IMG/VR virus record: IMGVR_UViG_3300032284_000958
Location: 1 to 56,663 of that record
From: a virus
Lineage: Duplodnaviria; Caudoviricetes
Strand: one strand, 5' to 3'
DNA length: 56,663 bases
Under the pieces are notes generated by a model. The model was not told the DNA's origin. It searched no databases and was given only the letters and a program-made list of their open reading frames with translations. The first letter of the stretch is position 1. Every line of letters begins with the position of its first letter. The translations under genes were made by a program, and so were the position numbers. Below are positions 1 to 9,508 of this stretch, piece after piece.

Positions 1-1
1 A

Positions 2-526
2 AGCATCAATGTTAAGGACAATTACATTGAGTTCCGTAGTGCTGGCGGTAATTACTTTGAAATGCAGCAAGAAATTAAAGATACCATGATGCGTTATGTT
101 TATGTCATGGGTATCAGTGCTGTTCCTGAATTATATCGCAATGAGTATATGAAGAAACTGTATAAGTTGATTACTGATGCGATACCACAAAAAGATAGTA
201 GTATTGATTTGTTTGTTAAATTTACCAGTGGCATGATAACAAAGGATGAATTAGTTAAGAACCTACAGTTGAAGCGTGGTCTTGATAAACCTGCACCTAA
301 ACTAAAAACACCAAAACAACCACGCCAGCCTCGCACTCGTGCACCACGACGTAACCCAAACCAATATCTCATTACTGATGAGTCTGGCAATAGGGAATTG
401 CATTATTTTATTGCAAGAAATGAAGAGGAAGCATTGTATTATGCTTCTGAATGGGCTGGAAATCATGGTCTTGAAAGTTATGCAGTATATCATGATGACG
501 GCAGTGGTGTACGCACCGAAGTATAA
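2..526 (+). CDS. 5'-truncated amidoligase-domain protein (paralog of the next gene)
   Basis: The frame is open from base 2: SINVKDNYIEFRSAGGNYFEMQQEI. This matches the end of both amidoligase domains of 557..5449 (SINTKDNRVEFRSPGGNW; TVNIKKTYIEFRAAGDDY), followed by EYMKKLYKL versus EYQKKYYKL. Confidence 0.8.
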   Translation, partial: SINVKDNYIEFRSAGGNYFEMQQEIKDTMMRYVYVMGISAVPELYRNEYMKKLYKLITDAIPQKDSSIDLFVKFTSGMITKDELVKNLQLKRGLDKPAPKLKTPKQPRQPRTRAPRRNPNQYLITDESGNRELHYFIARNEEEALYYASEWAGNHGLESYAVYHDDGSGVRTEV

Positions 527-545
527 GTTGTAAAAAAGATTTAGG

Positions 546-551
546 TAAATA
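546..551 (+). promoter_or_regulatory. T4-like late promoter core TAAATA
   Basis: GTAAATATT lies 5 nt before the ATG at 557. The same hexamer precedes many structural genes in the window. Confidence 0.6.
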
Positions 552-556
552 TTAAT

Positions 557-3500
557 ATGAAACAACACGAAATCCTCTCTGAAGAAGAAATCCTTAACGA
601 AGTAAACATGAGTCCATCAGCATTACGTGATGCTGTTAAAAAGATTCCTGGAGCCAGAGCAGGTCTTGAGTTTGAACTCATTGTTACCGCTGATGGCGAC
701 GATGTTGATGATGACTATGACCCATATGAGGATTTTGATAGCGAACCAGATTATGACATGGATGAATATATCCGTGAAAGTAGTTGGGGTGGTTTGGAAG
801 GGGCTGTTATGGACTTCTTCCGTGGTGACCACAATTCTCGCCGTCAGATAACCACAGAATTAGTATCTGCAAGAGAAGATTACGAAGGTTGGCTATCTAA
901 TAAGTTTGTAGAATGGGGCGATGGCTACGACACTGATAGTCAACTTACTCGTCTCGGTGCATGGATTGAAAAAATGTATGGCGGAGTTGACCCAAAATAT
1001 CAGGGTGAACTATTCGGTGATGAACCACTTGATGCATTTGCTAGTTTTAAGAAAGAGTATTTTACAAACTGGATAGAGATGTCCGAAGAAGAGTCAGACT
1101 TCATTGAGAAATGGTTAGAGGACCAATGTGGTGGCACCTCAATGAGTGACTTCGGTAACACATATGATTTAAATTGGCCACACTGGACTGAACCTGATTA
1201 TGATAATCGTTCAAGCAGAGATGGTGGTCCACCAATCGGCAGTTTCAGTAGTGCAGTTGGTATGAACGTTGACTATAGTGGTTCATATCATGGTCGTAGT
1301 AAGAGTTTAAGAAATTATACTGTTGAACCTGATAGCAGCCTACGTGCAAATGGGCGTAAGGGTGGAGAAGGTTGGGAGTTTGTTTCTCCTCCACTGCCAG
1401 TTGATGACATGATTGAACAACTTCGTAAGGTTGCAGAATGGGCAAAGTCTGGTAATGCTTACACCAATGATAGCACTGGTCTACACATGAATATCAGTTT
1501 GCCTGGTTATAATTTAGCTAAACTTGACTATGTTAAGTTAGCACTATTCTTAGGTGACAAGTATGTTCTTGAAACATTTGGTCGTCTTGGTAATACATAT
1601 GCCGAGAGTGCATTTGAAAAAATTACTAGTACAATTAAAAACAATCCCGACCGTGCTGGACAAGCACTTGACCTACTACGTAAGAGTCTTAATCTCGAAG
1701 CTGGTAAGGCAATTCATAGTGGACAAACACAGAAGTTTGTTAGTATCAATACCAAAGACAATCGTGTAGAGTTCCGTAGTCCAGGTGGTAACTGGTTGGA
1801 CATGGACTTAGATACTGTTGTCAACACAATTCTACGAACTGTTCTAGCACTTGATATTGCTATGGACCCTACTAAAGAAGTAAAAGAATACCAGAAAAAA
1901 TATTATAAGTTACTATCACAGGCTAAAGGTACTGACAATGATACTATTAAGTATTTCGTTCAGTATGCCAGTGGCAATCTACCAAAGACTGCACTGCTAT
2001 CATTTGTGCGTGATGCACAACGTAAGCGTGATGTAGCAAAGGGAAAAGATACTAAAGACAGTGATAACAGAACTAACTTAGCTGGTACTACACCACCTGC
2101 CGAATACAATCCAAAGTATTCAATCTACCTACCAAATACTAACATGACTGCACGAGATATACCAAATAATGAACCTGTAGTGCAATATGTTAGAGCATGG
2201 GCAGAACGTCGTAATGGAAACCTAGATACTATACGTATTCTTAGCAATGAAACTGGAATGTTATATGACCTTGAAGGTAATCGTGATAGAAACTTAAGAA
2301 GTGTTGATTTAGGCACAGTTCGTCGTCCAGTAACCGCACAAATTAGATATTATGTAAAAAGTGGCACACCAGAAAACAATTATAATATGACATCATTCGT
2401 GGCTGATGGTGACAGTTCTGCTCGTAGTTATGTAACTGATAATAGACCGTATGGTCAATGGTTCCTTATTCGTGATGATAAACCAAATGAATCAATTATG
2501 AGTGTTGGGCCAGCCAGTGATTCTAATGCTGCACCACAGTCATCATCAGCAAGCACAATTCCCGATTTAACTTCATCAGAAACAACAGGCGGACAGCTAT
2601 ATCAAATGCTACGACCAAGTGGTCCAAATCCAGTGATTGCACAAGGTAGATTTAACGATCCAAGTGAAGCAGTGCAGAGATTTGGTGCTTATGCTGATGC
2701 AAATAATATTGCACGTAATGAATACCATGTGCATCGTCCAACTCAACAACCTGAACAAGCCGCATCACAAGGTGGACAACAGTTTGAAATTGTATCAGGT
2801 GGTAATGTTATACATCGTTTTAATGCAGCAAGCCAACCAGAAGCATATCAAATTGCCGTTCGTTATGCACGTGATAATGGACTTGTAAATGGTAGATGGA
2901 CATGGAGAACTGTAGGTGGTGAACGTCAACAATCTGCAAATCCAGAAGGTCCAATGTATGAAATAGTAGCTGAAGGTAATATTGTTCATGAGTTTCGTGC
3001 CGTATCACCACGTGCTGCTGAACGCTATGCACAATCATGGGTAGATGAGCATTTAGGTGATTTTGGTTATGACGTTCGTCTTGCATCACGTAATGAAAGT
3101 TTAGGTGAAAGTATTCTAAACGAAATCAATATGAGTCCAACATCTCTACAGAAATTTGCTGATTCACCATTTGCACAGAGTATGAAAGTTGGATTTGAAA
3201 CTGAACTTTATGTTCCCGACCTTGAAAACGATAACAATCGAAATTATAGTGACAGCGAAGAAGATATGGATGAAGATATATCCTTTCCCGCACGTGCAAA
3301 TTATATAGACCGTCGTGATAGAGTTACTGTTTTCTTTATAGGCGGTGATAATCAGCCAAATGACCGTAGTGATATTCGTGCTGCACTTGACGAAACCGAT
3401 GAAGCATTCATGGAATGGGTAAGTGAAGAGTTTTATAACTATAAAGACTCAAGTGAATATAAATCAAATTTAGCAAGACACTTAGCAGATGAGGGTGTTG

Positions 3501-5449
3501 ATACAGAAGATGAAGATGCAGTAGAAGCTGCCACAGAAGAATTTGAAGAACAGGAACGTGAAGAGTACGAAAATGAAGAAGCACGTTGGCGTGAGTTTTT
3601 AAGTGAGAAAGATATTGATTCAATGCACGATTGGATGCGTTGGGTGAATCGTAATAGTCCAAGAATTACTATCTATTGGCCATATATGATATATCGTGGT
3701 GGCGGTGATTTAACACGTGACGATATCGCAGATTTGTTTACACAACAAACTGGATTAGGTCCAACTAAAGTAGGTGATGGTTATCATAGTGTTAAACGTG
3801 ATGAAACACACTGGATTTTTGAACCAGATGGCAGTTTAGATGAACCAGATGATGATAATGATGGCAGTGTAGAAATTGTTTCTCCGCCAATGTCTCTTGA
3901 AAATGCGTTAAGTTCTCTTGAAACAGTATTCAAGTGGGCAAGTAAGAATGGTTATTATACTAACCAATCAACTGGTTTCCATATGGGTGTTAGTATTCCA
4001 GAACAGACTATGGAAAATATTGACCACCTAAAAGTAATCATGTTACTTGGCGATAATTATGTTCTTAAAAAGTTCAATCGTTATGGTGCATACTTTGCAC
4101 AAAGCACAATTGACCGTATCACTGAATTTTTAAAGAATAAAGACAGGGAAGGATTAGCTTCAGTATTTGATGAGTTCCGCAATGGTATACGTGAGTTTGC
4201 ATATAAAGAAATCAATAAATTATTGCTTCCTGGCGCAGACCATAGATTAACTGTCAATATTAAGAAAACGTATATTGAGTTCCGTGCAGCAGGTGATGAT
4301 TATCTACCACAATTTGAAGAAATTCGCAAAACAATGTTGCGATATGTTCGTGTATTAGCTGCTGCGGCTGACCCCGAAGATGGTCGCAGAGAGTATCAAA
4401 AGAAATTGTATAAAAATATCATGAGTTCTATTAAAAAATCTGATGATACGGTTGACACTACAATTAATATACTTTCAGATTTTGTTGCTAATCCTGACTC
4501 TAAGAAAGAGGATTTACAACCATTATTATTAAAATTAGTAAGAAAATCTAATATAGCTCGCACTGTGCCAAAAACCATTGGTAGTGGTGAAACCCAAGTT
4601 AAAGTCTTTAGAAGAAAAAATGATGACGTTTTAACCAGTGATGACCAGATTAGTACTATTAATGCAACAACAGTTAATGAACTTGTAAAATATGCAAGAG
4701 AGATGGCTGATAAGGCTAATATGAATTATGAAGATATAGTTCTTAAGCCAGTGGCAAAATATTTTATTCGTTATCGCATAGAAACAGGCGATGCCAGAGA
4801 AAATTATGGCATAATGGCTCTTGGTCAAAATAGAAATTATAATTTAGGAATCGCTGCCGATCTGATGAATGTTCCTAAAGAGTATGCAGAGAAGGTAATA
4901 AAGTTTTATATTGAACATCAATATGCGTTGAGTAATTTAGTTAGTGATTTAAGTTACATCAAACTGCCCACCAAAGAGGCAGTTGACCGTGCTATTTCGT
5001 TGGTTAACCCAGAACAAAAAAATGACAATCCAGACGATAATGGGCCAGGACGATATGCGATATTTGTTCAAGGCAGACAATTATCGGCGGATCGTCAATT
5101 GGATAGTAAAGAAGCCGCTGAAGATTTTTTTAGTGACGTAGCAAGAACTATTGGATTACAGAATTGGGAGGTTAAACGTGTTCAATCTCAACAACCCGCA
5201 CAACAGCGTCAGAGTGCTCAGCAAGAACGTCAGGATTTGACACTTGTTAGAACTATTGGTAATCCAAATCTAAGAACTCCCAATTACATATTCTATGTGG
5301 TAAATTCTAATAATGTAGTTGTGCTTAGAATACAGGCAGCTACGATAGAAGATGCGAACAGTTATCTACAGAGAGATTTGAATCAAACGGCAGATGGCAT
5401 ATCAGAATTAAATTTATCTGTAATACCATCAACACAGTGGCATAGTTAA
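557..5449 (+). CDS. 1630-aa protein with two tandem putative amidoligase (COOH-NH2 ligase type 2) domains plus small repeated modules; probable virion protein
   Basis: The motif set occurs twice: GLEFE/GFETE, EPDSSL/EPDGSL, EFVSPPL/EIVSPPM, STGLHMNIS/STGFHMGVS, VEFR/IEFR. Each copy is preceded by ILNE-(V/I)NMSP. Confidence 0.75.
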   Translation: MKQHEILSEEEILNEVNMSPSALRDAVKKIPGARAGLEFELIVTADGDDVDDDYDPYEDFDSEPDYDMDEYIRESSWGGLEGAVMDFFRGDHNSRRQITTELVSAREDYEGWLSNKFVEWGDGYDTDSQLTRLGAWIEKMYGGVDPKYQGELFGDEPLDAFASFKKEYFTNWIEMSEEESDFIEKWLEDQCGGTSMSDFGNTYDLNWPHWTEPDYDNRSSRDGGPPIGSFSSAVGMNVDYSGSYHGRSKSLRNYTVEPDSSLRANGRKGGEGWEFVSPPLPVDDMIEQLRKVAEWAKSGNAYTNDSTGLHMNISLPGYNLAKLDYVKLALFLGDKYVLETFGRLGNTYAESAFEKITSTIKNNPDRAGQALDLLRKSLNLEAGKAIHSGQTQKFVSINTKDNRVEFRSPGGNWLDMDLDTVVNTILRTVLALDIAMDPTKEVKEYQKKYYKLLSQAKGTDNDTIKYFVQYASGNLPKTALLSFVRDAQRKRDVAKGKDTKDSDNRTNLAGTTPPAEYNPKYSIYLPNTNMTARDIPNNEPVVQYVRAWAERRNGNLDTIRILSNETGMLYDLEGNRDRNLRSVDLGTVRRPVTAQIRYYVKSGTPENNYNMTSFVADGDSSARSYVTDNRPYGQWFLIRDDKPNESIMSVGPASDSNAAPQSSSASTIPDLTSSETTGGQLYQMLRPSGPNPVIAQGRFNDPSEAVQRFGAYADANNIARNEYHVHRPTQQPEQAASQGGQQFEIVSGGNVIHRFNAASQPEAYQIAVRYARDNGLVNGRWTWRTVGGERQQSANPEGPMYEIVAEGNIVHEFRAVSPRAAERYAQSWVDEHLGDFGYDVRLASRNESLGESILNEINMSPTSLQKFADSPFAQSMKVGFETELYVPDLENDNNRNYSDSEEDMDEDISFPARANYIDRRDRVTVFFIGGDNQPNDRSDIRAALDETDEAFMEWVSEEFYNYKDSSEYKSNLARHLADEGVDTEDEDAVEAATEEFEEQEREEYENEEARWREFLSEKDIDSMHDWMRWVNRNSPRITIYWPYMIYRGGGDLTRDDIADLFTQQTGLGPTKVGDGYHSVKRDETHWIFEPDGSLDEPDDDNDGSVEIVSPPMSLENALSSLETVFKWASKNGYYTNQSTGFHMGVSIPEQTMENIDHLKVIMLLGDNYVLKKFNRYGAYFAQSTIDRITEFLKNKDREGLASVFDEFRNGIREFAYKEINKLLLPGADHRLTVNIKKTYIEFRAAGDDYLPQFEEIRKTMLRYVRVLAAAADPEDGRREYQKKLYKNIMSSIKKSDDTVDTTINILSDFVANPDSKKEDLQPLLLKLVRKSNIARTVPKTIGSGETQVKVFRRKNDDVLTSDDQISTINATTVNELVKYAREMADKANMNYEDIVLKPVAKYFIRYRIETGDARENYGIMALGQNRNYNLGIAADLMNVPKEYAEKVIKFYIEHQYALSNLVSDLSYIKLPTKEAVDRAISLVNPEQKNDNPDDNGPGRYAIFVQGRQLSADRQLDSKEAAEDFFSDVARTIGLQNWEVKRVQSQQPAQQRQSAQQERQDLTLVRTIGNPNLRTPNYIFYVVNSNNVVVLRIQAATIEDANSYLQRDLNQTADGISELNLSVIPSTQWHS

Positions 5450-5451
5450 TC

Positions 5452-5619
5452 ATGAGGGCACACGAGTTTATAACTGAAACACTTAAGAGGGTAAAAGGTC
5501 GGTGGGCGTTGGTCAGTAAGTCCAACCCCAAAAAGGTGTTGCAGTATTATCGTGGCAGTGGTCGCCCAAGTAAAGCATGGGTAAGAAAAGTAGAACGACG
5601 TGTTCACTCGTTTGAGTAA
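5452..5619 (+). CDS. 55-aa basic protein, absent from the ORF track; probable internal head protein
   Basis: Manual translation gives MRAHEFITETLKRVKGRWALVSKSNPKKVLQYYRGSGRPSKAWVRKVERRVHSFE*. It fills the gap exactly and carries the shared leader. Confidence 0.75.
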   Translation: MRAHEFITETLKRVKGRWALVSKSNPKKVLQYYRGSGRPSKAWVRKVERRVHSFE

Positions 5620-5620
5620 A

Positions 5621-5980
5621 TTACTTCATCTCTTGATTACTGATTTTTTTAACTACGGCTTTTTGAATGTTAGGCTTACTTGGCTGACCAATGCCGCTTT
5701 CATCATGTGTAAAGAACCCATATAAGCTGATAATTTGTGGGTTCTGTCCAGAGATAGAATAAAATAAACTAATGTCTTTAGTCATGCCAGCATGAATTAT
5801 GCGTGGCTTGTGCATTCCAAGTGGGCCATCGCCAGTAAATGGGCGGTCCTTACTGCCAAATGGTGTCATGGCATTGGATTCTTTAATTTTCTTAAACTCA
5901 GCAAATGCTGCTAATACGTTTCTACCGTGTTTAACCAATGATTCATCAAATAGTGCACAGGTTCTAAAAAGTGTCGCCAT
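5621..5980 (-). CDS. RelE/YafQ-like ribosome-dependent mRNase (putative toxin)
   Basis: 119 aa. KDRPFTG...IIHAG...DISLFYSI...LYGFFTHDE parallels the YafQ pattern DHxLxG...H...DxxLxY...GSHSE. Confidence 0.55.
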   Translation of the reverse strand: MATLFRTCALFDESLVKHGRNVLAAFAEFKKIKESNAMTPFGSKDRPFTGDGPLGMHKPRIIHAGMTKDISLFYSISGQNPQIISLYGFFTHDESGIGQPSKPNIQKAVVKKISNQEMK

Positions 5981-6160
5981 TTATTTCTGAACCCCAAGAA
6001 CAGCATAAAGATGTTCCATGAGTTCATCACCAGTCATTGGCTGGCTAAAGTCTTCATCACGAACCGAGAGAATAGCTGCAATATCTTCTTCAGAAATAAC
6101 AGGGTCTGGCTGAGCAACAAACTCGTTAACTTGACCTTCGGTAATTTCCTTGACACGCAT
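5981..6160 (-). CDS. 59-aa acidic protein, absent from the ORF track; putative antitoxin
   Basis: MRVKEITEGQVNEFVAQPDPVISEEDIAAILSVRDEDFSQPMTGDELMEHLYAVLGVQK*. It has a GGAG RBS and its TAA abuts the toxin ATG. Confidence 0.6.
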   Translation of the reverse strand: MRVKEITEGQVNEFVAQPDPVISEEDIAAILSVRDEDFSQPMTGDELMEHLYAVLGVQK

Positions 6161-6177
6161 ATGATTTTCTCCACTAA

Positions 6178-6217
6178 TATTTATATGTCATATTACCATA
6201 TTATCGTGTCCTGTCAA
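6178..6217 (-). promoter_or_regulatory. Sigma70-like promoter plus late promoter TATAAATA for the toxin/antitoxin pair
   Basis: The minus strand reads TTGACA-N16-TAATAT, followed by TATAAATA (6178-6185). Confidence 0.6.
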
Positions 6218-6231
6218 GCAAAAAATATCCC

Positions 6232-6290
6232 TTGACAGTTGACAAATGTGTGATAGTATATGTATATAGGGTCAAAAAGGAGAATAAATA
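6232..6290 (+). promoter_or_regulatory. Divergent sigma70-like promoter and late TAAATA box
   Basis: TTGACA at 6232 and 6239, TAGTAT downstream, TAAATA at 6285-6290. Confidence 0.5.
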
Positions 6291-6294
6291 CTAT

Positions 6295-6819
6295 ATGCGT
6301 GTTTCAGAAGTCATAAAACGCCCACCACACCGTGTATATCTTGATATGGACGGCGTTTTGGCTGATTTCTTTGGCGAGTGGGCCAGACTTGATGGCGTAG
6401 ACCACTACAAAGACATTGACAATCCTGAAGCCAAACTCCAGTTAGTCAGAGAGCATCCTACCTTTTGGGTAGATTTGCCACCCCTACCAAATGCTAAAAA
6501 TCTTATACGCACTGTTGTATCACTGTTTGGTGAATACTATATTTGCAGTTCACCACTGGCAAATGACCCACGTAGTGAGCCAGGAAAATTAGAGTGGATT
6601 CGTAAACATTTGAGTTTCATGCCACCGACCGATGTGGTATTAACACATAATAAAGCACAATTTGCAACACATAACGGCGTTCCAGCAATTCTTGTCGATG
6701 ATTATGGCAAGAATGTTCGTGCGTGGGACGCTGCTGGCGGAATAGCTATCAAGTATGACGATAGTAGTTTCGGCCAAGTCAGAAAGATTCTTACCACCAT
6801 TGCTAAAGGTGAGAAATAA
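6295..6819 (+). CDS. HAD-family 5'(3')-deoxyribonucleotidase
   Basis: YLDMDGVLADF (motif I), K..W, ILVDDYGKN..W..AGG. The ATG at 6295 is preferred over the TTG at 6232. Confidence 0.85.
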   Translation: MRVSEVIKRPPHRVYLDMDGVLADFFGEWARLDGVDHYKDIDNPEAKLQLVREHPTFWVDLPPLPNAKNLIRTVVSLFGEYYICSSPLANDPRSEPGKLEWIRKHLSFMPPTDVVLTHNKAQFATHNGVPAILVDDYGKNVRAWDAAGGIAIKYDDSSFGQVRKILTTIAKGEK

Positions 6820-6832
6820 TGGGGAGTACATT

Positions 6833-7111
6833 ATGCGTGAAGATAATTGGACTGAAATCAATACTATCTGGGAAGAGTTTGATCAAAGCAATAACGCCCA
6901 GTTTGAACCACTAAATATACGACACCGAGCAGTTCGTTATCTACGCAAAAAAATATTTGGTAAGATGAGCCGACGTGATATGCGTCGGCTTTGTGCTAAA
7001 ATAAACAAGATGAAAAACAGTGTAGAGAAATCTGAAAAGGCTCGTGGTGCAGAACTTAAACGCCGATTACAGAGAATAATTAACACCAACAATGACCGAA
7101 ACATTTGTTAA
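6833..7111 (+). CDS. Hypothetical basic protein
   Basis: GGGAG RBS before ATG 6833; overlaps the next gene. Confidence 0.6.
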   Translation: MREDNWTEINTIWEEFDQSNNAQFEPLNIRHRAVRYLRKKIFGKMSRRDMRRLCAKINKMKNSVEKSEKARGAELKRRLQRIINTNNDRNIC

Positions 7112-7463
7112 GATTGCTATAATTCCAGAAACATATGACTATAAAGATGGAGACATTGTTTATAGGATATATGTAAGCAATCTTTACAATGATGATAATC
7201 AGTTAGTAATTGAACGTGCAATGCCTGTGATAGAACAAAATCAGGCATTGCTAGAAAACTTTATACTTGATAATACAAAATTTCCAGAAAATAGACCTAA
7301 GATTTTTATATTTACTATAGATGTTTTAACTGAATTAGGCACAAAAGTTGTACAACTGCATGTTAACAATAAATTGGTAGCTACGGGACAAATAAAACTT
7401 CCGTATAAAGATGTTCATGACGATGTAATAGTTAAAATAGTTATGAAGAATCCAAATAAATAA
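7092..7463 (+). CDS. Hypothetical protein
   Basis: 123-aa ORF in an operon-like arrangement. Confidence 0.6.
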   Translation: MTETFVKIAIIPETYDYKDGDIVYRIYVSNLYNDDNQLVIERAMPVIEQNQALLENFILDNTKFPENRPKIFIFTIDVLTELGTKVVQLHVNNKLVATGQIKLPYKDVHDDVIVKIVMKNPNK

Positions 7464-7481
7464 CATAGCAAGGAAATTCCT

Positions 7482-8423
7482 ATGGATTACGAAATCAAAA
7501 ACAGTACTGTATACGGTAAAATATTATATAAGGACGGTCGTCCTGTTATCGTAAATTACGATACTGCAGATAAGTTAGCGGAACGCTTTCGTGGTACACT
7601 TATAAAAGTTTATTCTGGTAGATATATGATTAAACTGCCAGAAAGTGCAAATTCAATTGAAGAATGTGATTGCGGTGGCAGTGATGATGGTATTGAAATT
7701 ACTGGGCAAATTATGCCAGATACCTACAGTCAAGAACCAGACCATGAAGTTCAAATGGCTCGTCAAGAAGTATATCGTACTGCTAAACTTGCAATTAAAC
7801 TACATGAAATGCTTAAGCAAGTTGGCGAACAGCAGGGATTAGAAGGCTGGGTTCAGCGTAAACTAACACGTGCTGCTGATTATATTGAAACTGTATACGA
7901 CTATCTTGATTATGAAATGCGTTATCCAAGTGACATGATGGAAGCAGATGAACAACCAGCCCAAGCACCTGCACCTGCTGGTTCAGATATGGCATTAAAG
8001 CAAAAAAATCTAGCTATGCAACAACAACGTTTGCAGCAAGAAGAACAAAAAAAGGCAATGGGTAAAGTTAAAATGGGTCGTCTTGATGCATCTGGTCGCC
8101 CAATACCTAATAGTATAAAAGAAGTTCCAGATGAACAGATTGAAATGCAGCGCAAGGCTGGATTAACGATTGTTGGCGAAAATGCTAGTGGTGGCGCAAG
8201 CAGTGCTGGTGGTATGGCTGGTGCAATCGGTGGTGGATTTGGTAATGGATTTCTAAATGGTGGTCCAGGTACTATCACTCGTGCGCCTAAGAAGCGTAAG
8301 AAGAAAGTAAGTGAAACAGATATTCCTGTAAAAGAAGGAGAAACTGGTCCAAAATTCACTGGATATTGGAAAGGCACTGATAAAGGCAAACCAGGCAAAA
8401 AGATGGTAGGCGGTGGTCCATGA
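7482..8423 (+). CDS. Modular hypothetical protein, probable internal head protein
   Basis: TAAATA at 7457 and an AAGGA RBS. It has a helical module (PDHEVQMAR...YLDYE), a Q-rich and a G-rich segment, and a basic tail. Confidence 0.7.
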   Translation: MDYEIKNSTVYGKILYKDGRPVIVNYDTADKLAERFRGTLIKVYSGRYMIKLPESANSIEECDCGGSDDGIEITGQIMPDTYSQEPDHEVQMARQEVYRTAKLAIKLHEMLKQVGEQQGLEGWVQRKLTRAADYIETVYDYLDYEMRYPSDMMEADEQPAQAPAPAGSDMALKQKNLAMQQQRLQQEEQKKAMGKVKMGRLDASGRPIPNSIKEVPDEQIEMQRKAGLTIVGENASGGASSAGGMAGAIGGGFGNGFLNGGPGTITRAPKKRKKKVSETDIPVKEGETGPKFTGYWKGTDKGKPGKKMVGGGP

Positions 8424-9508
8424 GAATAACCGAAATCATCTCAGAAGATGACAATGGTAATGTTACAAATAATGGTAGTTGGAAAATTGACCAGCAAAAA
8501 TTCTTTGACCAAATTGGATTAACAAACAGATTACAAAAAGACCCTGCCGCACGTCTTGGTTATGAAATAGCAAAAAACCCAAAAACTGGTGTTATTGATG
8601 CAATCGGCGATGCTGGCACATATTGGGATGCTAAAAAAGGTGAAGGCACCGCTGGCGAATTTACATATAACCAAATTGGTAGTGGCACCATCAAAGCATT
8701 AGACAAAATGGTTGGTAAAGTAGGACAAACTCCTATCACACGAGAATTGTCTGTTGGTGGCATTCCACCAAGAACACAAAATTCACAAGGTTACCCAACA
8801 AGCCCTACGTCAAATCTTGAAATGTATGGTGATGTCTTAGCACACGAGTTAGGACACGTCGGGTCTCTTTATGCACAGGGCGTTCCACAGGCAGACCTCA
8901 CAACTATGGCACCAGATCAGAAAAAAACTATTAGCACTGCTGGTGCAAACAATGAAGAACAACAACGATATAGAGATTTGCAATATACTGCTCCAGGTTC
9001 TAGTCAGTATAATCAAGCTGTTGATTGGTTAGCGAATAACAAATTTAATACTCCCATTAATGACTATAGTGATTATGAAGATTTTGGAAAACAGATTTTA
9101 GACCGTGGTGTTCCAGACCATGTTAACGATGCAGCAAAATTATCATCAGATGCATTAAATGACCCACAAAAATTGCAAAGTTATATACAAGATTATCATG
9201 GTGATAAAACCAACGAGAGTTTGAGAGAACATAAAATGAAAATAAATGAAATTATATCAGAAGCAGCTAATCCCGCAAAACAAGCAGCTATCGCCATCAA
9301 TATGAAAAAACATGGCAAGAAACCTAAAAATGAAACTGCCGTTAGTGAAGTAGCAAAGAAAAAAGGACCAAAGCCAACTAATCCAGCATTGTGGAGTCGT
9401 GCAAAAGCAGCAGCACGTGCAAAATATGATGTATATCCAAGCGCATATGCAAATGGATATGCTTCAAAGTGGTATAAAGAACACGGCGGCGGTTGGAGGG
9501 GAAAGTGA
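8420..9508 (+). CDS. Protein with an HExxH zincin-like motif and basic C-terminal modules
   Basis: VLAHELGH; leader MRITEIISE; second internal leader MKINEIISE at 9236. Confidence 0.65.
   Translation: MRITEIISEDDNGNVTNNGSWKIDQQKFFDQIGLTNRLQKDPAARLGYEIAKNPKTGVIDAIGDAGTYWDAKKGEGTAGEFTYNQIGSGTIKALDKMVGKVGQTPITRELSVGGIPPRTQNSQGYPTSPTSNLEMYGDVLAHELGHVGSLYAQGVPQADLTTMAPDQKKTISTAGANNEEQQRYRDLQYTAPGSSQYNQAVDWLANNKFNTPINDYSDYEDFGKQILDRGVPDHVNDAAKLSSDALNDPQKLQSYIQDYHGDKTNESLREHKMKINEIISEAANPAKQAAIAINMKKHGKKPKNETAVSEVAKKKGPKPTNPALWSRAKAAARAKYDVYPSAYANGYASKWYKEHGGGWRGK

Noticed and set aside
6011-6235. 74-aa plus-strand ORF in the track
   Set aside because: It is the shadow of the minus-strand 5981..6160 gene, which has an RBS, promoters and coupling to the next gene.
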